Shown here piece after piece: positions 52,327 through 62,764 of a stretch of 64,000 bases of DNA. The notes under the pieces were generated by a model. The model was not told the origin of the DNA. It saw only the letters and a list, made by a program, of their open reading frames with translations, and did no database searches. A program made the position numbers and the translations under genes. This stretch comes from Laetmonice hystrix. Its lineage: Eukaryota. Positions within the stretch are counted from its first letter, which is position 1; each line of letters starts with the position of its first letter. The stretch lies in contig OZ249436.1 in the NCBI GenBank assembly GCA_965235115.1, forward strand, positions 14,262,001-14,326,000, written 5' to 3'.

Positions 52327-52503
52327 TGCTCTGTGACGTGCGGGCCCGGTGCCATGAGGAGGGAGGTGGTCTGTATGAAGAAGTTAGGCCGGATGGTGCC
52401 CGTCGGGGAGGAGAACTGCCTCGCCTCCGACAAACCTGAATCTGAGCGGCCGTGTGACAACCCGGCCTGTCAACCACAATGGTATCTCACAGAGTGGACA
52501 GAC
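52327..52503 (+). CDS. THSD4: THSD4-like coding exon: TSR
   Basis: Acceptor gtcgtag|52327, donor GAC|gtacgt; 177 nt, phase 0-0. Translates CSVTCGPGAMRREVVCMKK...CLASDKPESERPCDNPACQPQWYLTEWTD. Confidence 0.92.
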
Positions 52504-53505
52504 GTACGTATACCTTACCCCCTCCCACCACCAGCGTCCTGCCCACCTGGCAAACAGCCGACGCAATCAGGGCCTAATTCAATATTTCCGGCAATATGAG
52601 ATACTCATTACTGCATGACAATAATATAGAGAATGCATTTCTCGTTTTGTTTGATAAAATATGTTTTCTTTCATTGGTCTAGATGAGGCTATGTAGTCGG
52701 GGTTTCTTTATTATTTTTGCAAAATGCCCCCCCTCCCCCCCCCGTGAAATCCTCCAGGTAACCCTGGTACATGTAGTAGGAGCTTCGGTGGAGCAACAAA
52801 ATTATATCCCGCCTTTTTGTACCAAACAGAAAAACTAATATCTTTGGTTGTGCCAGATTAGTTTGTCATAGTTATAGTGTTGGCGGAGAAGGTCTGATGA
52901 TCTGGGTGAACACATTTAGACCTGGGGTGGGTAACTGGAGATGGGATGTAATATACTACATGTCGTAGTGGTGTAAATCAACCACCAGGTGGCAGCAGTG
53001 GCGGTGGCTCGCCTGTACTGCCAACAGTCCCTGGCTCTACCTAGTGAGGGGGATACACTCTCCGTGCAGTGGGCCTACATTTCAGGGCTGGGGATTTCGG
53101 TACCATTTAGAAACCCTTGGGATGAAAAGGTTCAGCAAAAGATACTGAGAAATATTTGTTCTTTATCATTTGTTTTAAAACGATATCCTCTATGTTATTT
53201 TTTTTATTGTATTTTTTCTTTTCGTTTATTTATTTTAATAGCTAGGATGCCTAAGGGAGAAAGAAAAACGACCTTTCATTTATGTCAATATTTATAAAAA
53301 CTGTCAGCTTGGATTCATCCTAATATTTTGTCTTGATTTTCTTGTATGAATTTTTTCACCCGTTGAGAGACTCGTGTTTAGCCTTCAACATGGCGTGTCA
53401 CATGCCCCGAATATCGGGTCAGATCCGCCGAGACGTACTCGCACCAGGTAAACTACCTTTGATAGTGCCGCTACCTTGTTAATTTCGATTGTTCTCTGCC
53501 ACCAG

Positions 53506-53653
53506 TGTACCAAGTCGTGTGACACGGGCTACCAGACGCGGGAGCTCAAGTGTCTGGACGAGAGCCAACAGACGAGCTCGCAGTGTACCGCAGACCGTAA
53601 GCCGGACGTGTGGCGCACGTGTAATACGATGCCATGTCCCACCAAGACGCCAG
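53506..53653 (+). CDS. THSD4: THSD4-like coding exon: last TSR
   Basis: Acceptor ctctgccaccag|53506, donor CCAG|gtcagc at 53654; 148 nt, phase 0 to 1. Translates CTKSCDTGYQTRELKCLDESQQTSSQCTADRKPDVWRTCNTMPCPTKTP. Confidence 0.91.
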
Positions 53654-54467
53654 GTCAGCCAGCCCATGCTAAACTTGCCGCTCCGAGGTCACTAAAGAAA
53701 TACTCCCTCTCTGAGCCTTTCACCACCGTCCCAGGTCTGTCAGTCTCTATTCAGCATGGCATCACATGGCACACACAACGTTCTGCCACTGCTGCTGGGC
53801 CCGCCGTCTGTCAGTGCAATGACAAGCCTTTTGTTGTGCCATATCATATTCAAGCTTTTGCGTTTTTTCTATGGCCGCCATATCATGTAGATTTTCATAA
53901 TTACAATTCCATCCTCACCGGATGAGACACAGGAAAAGAAATTGCTCGGTGTCAGTCAAATATTTCTCCCCTGGAAAAAAATATATGATTCTTGAATAGA
54001 GAAGATATGGCTAGGAAAATAGAAAGGCTCAGAAAGTCTGAACTTGCGCTTTTGATCTGAAGATCGACATAATGCAACGTTTAACCCTAGTGCTGCTTGA
54101 CTTGCGTAACCGTGACACCCTGAAACAATAATTGTAGGCCTATATCTGCTGACCTAAGTGTGGTGTGACTGTTTCAACGGTAAGTCCCCCCCCCCCCTCT
54201 ATTGGTCATTGTGACGTTCAGGGCAGGACACGTGCAGCATCCTGCACGGGTATACCTGTATAAGGTAGACTCTACCCACGGTTTCCGACCCCACTGGGCA
54301 AAGGGCAAGGGTTAGAGATATTTTTAAGCTTAAAAGTATAGGGTCCCTATTACTATCAGATTTGACAAGTTACGGAGTAAGACTTAAGAACGTATCATTT
54401 GTTTGAAGTATGCCAGTTAATATTACTAACTGCAAAGTTGCTTTGCTTCATTTTGGAGAAGGCCTAA

Positions 54468-54619
54468 TGCGGAAACGTTGGTTGGTGTTAGATAACTATT
54501 TAATATGTACAGATACCGTGCGGAAACGTTGGTTGGTGTTAGATAACTATTTAATATGTACAGATAAAGTGCGGAAACGTTGGTTGGTGTTAGATAACTA
54601 TTTAATATGTACAGATACC
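54468..54619. repeat. 51-bp tandem repeat, 3 copies
   Basis: tgcggaaacgttggttggtgttagataactatttaatatgtacagata repeated. Confidence 0.93.
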
Positions 54620-54740
54620 GATACCTTTAACTAGAAGGAACATTATTTAAATTCTTGTCAAGTTGGCTGATAAAACCAGCATTCATGATGAGGCTAGTAT
54701 TGAAGTTTTGATAATGTCAGGGGGTGTGTCTCCATTCCAG

Positions 54741-54889
54741 ATCCTTCATGTCGAGACGAATATAAACATTGCCGCCTCGTTCTACAAGCCGGCCTTTGTA
54801 ACTATCCCTACTACAAAAACGGTTGTTGTCTGTCGTGTGCCGGCGGTCACCATGGCAACCAGCGTAACCAGGGCGACGACCATACGTAA
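54741..54889 (+). CDS. THSD4: THSD4-like terminal coding exon: PLAC domain and stop codon
   Basis: Acceptor tctccattccag|54741 is phase 1, matching the previous exon. Translates (D)[48 protein letters not shown], the six-Cys PLAC pattern C.D....C..V.QA.LC.Y.YY...CC.SC. TAA at 54887-54889. This frame is not in the ORF track. Confidence 0.93.
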
Positions 54890-55774
54890 CCACAACATCC
54901 CTTACCACGCTCACAACAAGTCGGTGTGGCAGTACAGGCCGTCAGGCGTGGATTGAAGGATTGACTGATTGAGTGACAGTTTATTACAGAGGACTATGGC
55001 GAGGTGAATGCCAAGTAAATATCGGTGTTGACTTCATGGACGATTTTAAGACAAACTACCGGTTGTTGCCAAGGGTAGAACCAGGTAAACTGCTCGCCTT
55101 CCTGGTCATAGCTTCCCATCTCTCATTTGTTTTCTCTGATTAAATCGACAACAGAGATCATCTGACACCAACAATCTTCATCCTGTAATTAACCGAGCCC
55201 TGTGATGGAGGTTTTAAAGCAATAATCATACTGTACTACAGCAGTCGCCATCACGGCGGTCAGCTCTAAGGACACTTTGTTAGGCTGTCAATACCAATAT
55301 TTACTGTAAATCGAACCAGAAAATTCCCATCTGCATGTAAAAAATTGTCTGTTCAAGATACACATCCAACGTGGTATATATACAGACACATGTATATATA
55401 CATATCTATATTTTTCCCCTGCATTTGTGAATTTCACTATTGACCTGTCAGTAAGCCTGGAAGAATCCTTGTTTCTCTAGCTGTGATACCGAGGAAGCTT
55501 TGTTTGTTTGTTTGTTTTCGGTCAAAAGAAACGTGCTAGGAGTAAGAGTATCTGGGGTAGCCGGGGTCTAGGTCGTAGTGTTAGATATTTTATGAGACCG
55601 CTAGTTAGTAATAAAATGGGAGGGACATTTACACGATATCATTATTCATTCCCTAGAGGTAGGATTCATTTTTTTCATTATGTTTATGTTGCTCGACATA
55701 ATATACCCAAAATCATGGCTAATATACCTTCAGCAGAAAGGCAGGCGAGTATGTATTGGTGTTTTGGATGCACG

Positions 55775-55813
55775 CCGCCAGGTGGTAGCCTGATGTGTAC
55801 CGCCAGGTGGCAG
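55775..55813 (+). promoter_or_regulatory. Tandem CTCF-like motifs
   Basis: CCGCCAGGTGGTAG (55775-55788) and CCGCCAGGTGGCAG (55800-55813) resemble the CTCF core consensus CCASYAGRKGGCRS. Motif match only. Confidence 0.45.
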
Positions 55814-56044
55814 TTGGGCAATGTGATGGAGGTCAACGGCTATACAGGGAACCTTCCAAGACATCAAGAGCAGTGATCGTACGTATACAAGTACAAACCT
55901 GGGGTCACGCCTATCTGCGACGTTTATAGATGGGCAGTTGATCACGGTAAACTCAAATGACTATTTATTCAGCCAGATGCTACATCTGTAAGAAGACAGC
56001 AAGCAGCTGATTATGTAGAGCTCGTGTAAGGGTTAAAGACAAGG

Positions 56045-56529
56045 CCTGCTGCTGTCTGCAGACTACTGACTGGATACCAGCTCCCTGCTGCCATGGCCAG
56101 CTGCTGCCTGCAGACCACTGACTGGTTACCAGCTCCCTGCTGGCCAGCTGCTGCCTGCAGACCACTGACTGGATACCAGCTCCCTGCTGGCCAGCTGCTG
56201 CCTGCAGACCACTGACTGGATACCAGCTCCCTGCTGCCATGGCCAGCTGCTGCCTGCAGACCACTGACTGGATACCAGCTCCCTGCTGCCATGGCCAGCT
56301 GCTGCCTGCAGACCACTGACTGGATACCAGCTCCCTGCTGGCCAGCTGCTGCCTGCAGACCACTGACTGGTTACCAGCTCCCTGCTGGTCAGCTGCTGCC
56401 TGCAGACCACTGACTGGATACCAGCTCCCTGCTGGCCAGCTGCTGCCTGCAGACCACTGACTGGATACCAGCTCCCTGCTGGCCAGCTGCTGCCTGCAGA
56501 CCACTGACTGGATACCAGCTCCCTGCTGG
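56045..56529. repeat. 47/52-bp minisatellite, ~10 copies
   Basis: Unit ggccagctgctgcctgcagaccactgactggataccagctccctgct(+gccat). Confidence 0.95.
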
Positions 56530-57643
56530 CAACCACAGAGCCTGCAAACCGGCACTACTAGGTCAGGTGACCCGGGTTTCCTAACCAGCAGCCTGTACAG
56601 ACGTCATGGGAAGGGTTTTGTATCTTTGGCATATGGAGCTGATTTTCTTATTGAAAAGCATTGAATCGGCATGTCGGGAGGGGGATACAAATGTACAAAG
56701 CTAAAGCAAATATCCTTAGGATATCTAACGCTATTTCCATATATTACAAATATTGTCTAATGGTACTCCACATTATACAACGTTGGTGCTAAAAGTGAAT
56801 AATCAACGGCAAATATCATAGATATTATATAACACAACGGGGTAGTGTAAACGAGGAAAAATGTGTCCATGTTTTGCCAATATACTGTATTTATTTTCAT
56901 CGTGAATTTATAATGAAAAGAGAAAGACTCTTTTTTAACTCATCTTGTTGACGACAGTATTGCCCGTCGTATAGCAATGTATAGTGCTGTATTGTAAAGC
57001 TTGTATTGGCCATATAGATTTAGGTCTGCCACGCTGGCAGTTCGGCGCTCGAAGGTTTATTTTAATACTCAGTATAAGAACTGGGCTATTATGTAAGCGT
57101 GGATATGGTTCGCACAAGTTGCTGTGTTTACAAAGCCAGACCATTTAGAACATGACGATATTTGATTCTAGATGAACGTTTCAAACTAACACTTCTTGAT
57201 TAGTACGAGGTATAGAGTCGTGCAGGATACCTTTTAAGGGGAAGCATGATACCTTGGAATTGTTCATCGTCTATTGACGGACCGTTGCCATATCCTAAAG
57301 GAAGGTTGGAGGACCATAGTTATCATGAATTGGGCCTAACGTTGTTACAGCTATGACAAGCAAGTGGTGTTTGCACGAAATAAAATGTAATGCCGAATTT
57401 GACACGCGTGTCGAAGACTATCAGAGATAGACGTATAAAGTGTTTGGTATAGCCATAGGTTGCTTCTTCTTTGCTCAGTTGATGTGCACAAACAGTTCTA
57501 GAAATAGGTCAGTGTGTTGATCTTTTCTGTTATGTGTACAATAAGTATATATATTGTATGTACGGGTGTAGACAAATGCGTCCTGGAGAAGCCTCCCTGC
57601 AGTTATGTTCCACCCGATGAATTTTAAAGAAATATAGGCCTTT

Positions 57644-57688
57644 CCACTAGGTGGCGCCATTGCCAGTGGCCTGCCAAACAGAGGGCGC
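57644..57688 (+). promoter_or_regulatory. Tandem CTCF-like motifs
   Basis: CCACTAGGTGGCGC (57644-57657) and CAAACAGAGGGCGC (57675-57688). Motif match only. Confidence 0.45.
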
Positions 57689-59062
57689 CACAGTTCCGAC
57701 AACTTGGCCAGGAAGTGGTGTACGTTGTCGTCCGAGCGGGACACACTGAAAGCCTAATTAACACCCAACAGTTATATGCTTGCACTGTATAAGTAGTAAA
57801 CGATAATCATGAACATTTACCATAAGCTAAAGGGAGAGGTGCCAGGCCACTAGCCTTATTTTAGCCTTCAATGCAGCGGTGTTTGCTTTTTGTTCGTTTC
57901 TTCTCTCGTTTTTGTTATGGAGAAGGGGAGAAGAAAGGCTTTTGAAAGCCGTTGGCCAACTTGATCGTTTTGAAACGTTTTTATAGGTCTATGATGTTAG
58001 TCTCTCATGTGTTGGACCAAGGACCATTGGCCAGCGAGTTACTACCTCCGTTAGTGACGGGCCCTGGCTGCCATGGCAGTTGGTTAGTCCCGGACGACGC
58101 ACGTACATTTCGGTGGAGCGGATTTTAATCTTTGGGCTGGAAAATCGGGGGACTATAATATCTGAAAGTGGAGCGAGACCACGTGCGCATTATGAAGCCC
58201 TGTTAAAATAAAATAAAAAGGATTGACATCATTATAGCGTATGTGTTATATTTCCATGCATAATCTCCCCTAGAGTCTATAGGTTTTATTGCGTGCACAA
58301 AATAATACGAATTTCCATGGAATAGATTCCAACTGTTGGCCTACTCGTCCAACGTGTAATCTACAGCCTCGGGCTCGCCTTACTAACAATGTCACTCCCA
58401 GAACAGACATCCCAATTTTGGGGACATCTCCCCAACACTGTTTCAATGGAGGGACCTTTTAATATGACACCCCACAACGGGGATATCCCTGATATGGGGA
58501 CTTTGGTGAGGATTTTGCTGGGGATCATCGTTAGTTAGGTAGGCCTAATTTGTCCCACTAGAAATCTCAATCTAGGGTTAGAGGACCCAAAGATGCGCAT
58601 GCGCGCCACCTCACTCGGTAGTAGATTATTACACCGGTGACACAATGTAATGTGTCCATGCCTATAAGATAGGCCTATTATATTACAAGCATTGTGATAT
58701 TTCTTTATTTCAACATACTGTAACGTCCCTGGCCTCGTTGCCAGGTTAGCTATTGGGCTCCCAAGTCCCTTAAAATGTGGCACGGGATGAAAAGAACACA
58801 AACACACATACATGTATTTTGGTAGGAAAATAACTGGTTTTATTCAAATACGGGCAATAACTGAACCTATCCGGCCTGATAAACCTTAGGCCCTAATGTT
58901 GTAAGTTTCTCGCTGTGTTGTCCTCTGATTAAGATTAGGCCTGGCACCCCCTCCCCCTTAATAAAAAATACCCTTGGTAAAGGCCTATGCAATTCCCATG
59001 CTAGCCGGTAGGCGTCAGAGTGGTGCTAAATACCAGATATCACTCTCCAACGGCATTCGGCC

Positions 59063-59168
59063 TAGCCTGGTCCCCAGCTCTATATCCAATCACAATGCTC
59101 GCTTCGATTAGCGTTCACCAAGCTCAATATAGGCCTACGTAGTCAATATAGAGCTGGGGACCAGGCTA
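59063..59168. mobile_element. 106-bp MITE with perfect 23-bp TIRs (TAG...CTA termini)
   Basis: tagcctggtccccagctctatat (59063-59085) and atatagagctggggaccaggcta (59146-59168). No target-site duplication is visible. Confidence 0.75.
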
Positions 59169-59236
59169 ACTCCCTCCCATGAGCCTCTTCGTACCTCAAG
59201 TGTGAGGTACGAAGAGGCTCATGGGAAGGAGTTAGC
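59165..59236. repeat. 72-bp near-perfect palindrome (34-bp stem, 1 mismatch, 4-nt loop)
   Basis: gctaactccctcccatgagcctcttcgtacctca-agtg-tgaggtacgaagaggctcatgggaaggagttagc. Confidence 0.9.
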
Positions 59237-61539
59237 CCTCTCGGCCCTCGCACAGTCGTCACCCATTCGGGAATCCTCGGCCATAACTTCGAAAGTAGCC
59301 TCGGGTGAAATAGGCGCCATTTTGAGCATTGCATCGCGGGTACATTTAGCCGGGACTCTCGACAGCATGGCAGTGCTTGCAGTATTTTGCCTGCATCAGG
59401 CATGGAAGCAGCTAAAATAGGCCTACAGTGCTTTCCCCGAAGTCAGTGGGCAATATTACGATAGTAGGCCTATCATCTTCATGATACAACTTGAATTACA
59501 AATAGTCCTACCATGTGTCGTTCATGGGCGCGGCCATATTGCTTCCCATAATTTGATAAATTACCGTATTGACGCCCATTTAGGTAAATTAGGTGATTCG
59601 TTTTTCTTCTTCAATCAGCTATATCAGCTATCAGCTATAGTCTCAATCAAAGAGTAGCCTACATTAAAATAGTGGAAATGAAAGGTATAGGCGATGGGCA
59701 TCTACTGTTAAAATTTGGAGAAGATACTCAAATGGGAAGTGTAGGCCTACACATCACAACCATTTATCTGTAGCGAACGTACGAGACCGTTTGACAGTTA
59801 GACTCTATACATCTGGCCTAAGAATCATAATTTTTGGGGGCGTAGTTTCAATTTGACGTATCAAAAATGTAGCCATTTTTCGCTTATCATTGCTTTAACC
59901 TGTCTCTCGCCTCAGAGCCACAGGTGCTGCCAGCCCGGCCAGGTGTACGTGGTGATTCCACCGCTGGCCGGAAGTCGGCAGTGCAGTCGCAGCGGCCGCC
60001 CCCCCCCCCCCCCCGTTCAGTGGAGCTGCGCTGCACCCTGGTGGTTTCTGCCTGCAACATCTCTGTGTAATCTTTCTTGGTTTGTTTGTTACTTGGGGAT
60101 GGGATATCTGATATAGAAAAGGCGTACAAGGTCATTTGCCATTGTTAACTAAACCTTTACGGCAAACAGCCATTGGGACGACCTGACAACGTTGTCGGAC
60201 GCTCCTAGATGGTCTGTAGGGGACACAGATTAGATGGGAGTAGATGATAGACGAAACGTGTGGCCTGCCTCCTGGACAATAAAGGCATGGAAACATTAAA
60301 CATGAGGCGTCCCTATACTACTGGCTACTCTTGTATACAAGCAAACGGTACAGGGAGGTCAAACAGTACAGGGATGAATCGCTACGAGGTATAATGGCTG
60401 GCCTAGCACCCAAGCGAACACTACAGTGAGGCCAAAGAGTACAGTGAGGCCAAACAGTATACACTGTGGGGCCAAGTAGTGTGGGAGGCCAATCAGAAGA
60501 GTGAGAAATCCCTACATCTTACCGGCTGGCCTTCTAGCCATGCAAACACTACAGTGAGGTAGTGCAAATGAAAGGTACAGGCGAGGAGCATCTAATGTTA
60601 AAATCTGGAGAAGATACTCAAATGGGAAGTGTACACATCACAACCATTTATCTGTAGCGAACGTACGAGACCTATACGTTTGACAGTTATACATCTGGCC
60701 TAAGAATCATAATTTTTGGGGGCGTAGTTTCAATTTGACGTATCAAAAATGTAGCCATTTTCGCTTATCGTTGCTTTAAACTGTCTCTCGCCTCAGAGCC
60801 ACAGGTGCTGCCAGCCCGGCCAGGTGTACGTGGTGATTCCACCGCTGGCCGGAAGTCGGAAGTGCAGTCGCAGCAGCCGCCCCCCCCCCCCCGTTCAGTG
60901 GAGCTGCGCTGCACCCTGGTGGTTTCTGCCTGCAACATCTCTGTGTAATCTTTCTTGGTTTGTTTGTTACTTGGAGATGGGATACCTGATATAGAAAAGG
61001 CGTACAAGGTCATTTGCCATTGTTAACTAAACCTTTACGGCAAACAGCCATTGGGACGACTGTAGCAACCACTTTTGTCATTTTTACCTCTTTTGTCACA
61101 GGTCACCACTTTTGTCACACAAAATGCCCACTTTTGTCACAGGTCACCACTTTTGTCACAACGTCGCCCACTTTTGTCGTTCTTAAGGACATCACTTTAG
61201 ACATAATTTTTTGACCGGTTTTGTTAAACTTGTCAAGGCCAAAAAAGACAGCGTAGCAGAAATGAGATGGTTTACGGATAACAGATCCATGAAGTCAGGG
61301 GCACATATTGCATTAGTTGATATTAAAACTTGTACTCCTTCATGAACAAACAATTAACCATTGGGCATAATTTATGGCATTACTGTATGAAAGCAAGCAA
61401 GATCTGTGTAGTAAATAGAGTAGGTGAAAGCTATGCCAGAAAACGCACTCCTCTAATAAAGTCTTGTGCTGTAAATACCAGGTAGTATTTTCTATTGTCC
61501 AGGTTTGTTTGTCACACCTCAAGCCGGCGACTCTGTACG

Positions 61540-62120
61540 TCAGTCAGTTACAGTCAACAGTTTTACCTGTAGACAGTATGACACCGCCAGACATGCTTGG
61601 TTGTACACCTTGTTTTCATTTGGACAGACAGGACGGTGGAAATGGTGTCTTGATTAATGTGAAATATGTTCTACCTGTAAAACCTTCTGATGTTTAAGTC
61701 GGCGTTCACTTATATTGCTTTGTGGTAAAGAACACACTAAAATACAGCCATGTAAGCAATTGGTTTTGGAGGTGAGATCCTAATTTGTATATAAATGACT
61801 GTAACTATGTTGACCTTGACGTTGGGTGACGACTGTCGTATGCAGAACGTCGGTGTCACGTGCCTCATTGTCCATGGTGCCCTGATTTTATCATTTTTAT
61901 TAATATGTTTTAATGAAATCAACTGGCAGGAATAAACTATGGATGGTCCCCCTATTTTTAGTGCTACAGACGGGATCTACACCTCCAGGGCTTTGGTTGT
62001 TGCCTGTAAAATGTTTTTATCTAAGTAAAACAATGTGGTTGTGTGGGACACCACTCTGGAGGTCCAGCTTGACCTCCCCACTATATAAAGCCAGGAAACA
62101 ACTTGTCAAATGTACAGTGA
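61540..62120 (+). pseudogene. Degenerate LINE (non-LTR) AP-endonuclease-like fragment inside the TIR element
   Basis: DSMTPPDMLGCTPCFHLDRQDGGNGVLINVKYVLP resembles the APE motif ..PGY..FR.DR...GGGV.IYVK..L. Later fragments LWM..FLV...PPG, LCG and KQLVK fit the YRPP, GDFN and QLV..PT motifs with frameshifts. Recognised by eye only. Confidence 0.4.
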
Positions 62121-62491
62121 ACGGTCACGTCTGAAAGTATCGCTTAGATAGACTCGGGTCTGTCTCCCATGAACTGGCTGATGGTCGGAAGGAGCTTGCA
62201 TGGGTCCACGTTCGGTCGTAGTCTGGCAACACGTGCTGATGGTTCAAACACTGACAGTATGATGAGTCACTTAGTGTCCACTTGGAGGCGGGAGGGTGCA
62301 AGCCTGAGAAAAGTGCGACATGACTCTTCTAAAGGGATGTAGCAATACAACCCGTTCCCCGTCAGTGGGTCGATCTGTGGCATGGTTCCGAATGGCGGCT
62401 ATCATTGGGTTATCACGTGTTGTCTCAGACGCCAGATCTTCGAACGGTAGGATGAACGAATCTAGTCGACTAAGACCAAATTCGCTTTTTT

Positions 62492-62492
62492 T

Positions 62493-62571
<79 letters not shown>

Positions 62572-62764
62572 CCTCTCTCTCTCTTTCTGTGCATCCCTCT
62601 GCCTCTCCCCCATATCTCTCTTTCTCCCTCCCTCTCGCCCTCCCCCATATCTTTCCTTTCCCCTCTCTCTCTCTCTCACCCTCTCTCTCTTTCTCCCTCT
62701 CTCTCTGTTGCCCTCTTTATCGCTCCTTCCCTTCTGTCTGTCTCTCTCTCTCTATCTCTCTCTC
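62492..62764. repeat. (CT)n microsatellite and degenerate polypyrimidine tract
   Basis: Pure (CT)n at about 62496-62566, followed by an interrupted CT-rich run. Confidence 0.97.

Noticed and set aside
55610..55615. AATAAA as the gene's polyadenylation signal
   Set aside because: Plausible, about 720 bp after the stop, but further candidates exist (near 57380 and 58208) and they cannot be distinguished without 3'-end data.
59826..59845. Sm-site-like AATTTTTGG suggesting an snRNA or spliced-leader RNA in the 878-bp unit
   Set aside because: No recognisable U1, U2, U4, U5 or SL RNA sequence or flanking stem-loops; the motif is too short on its own.
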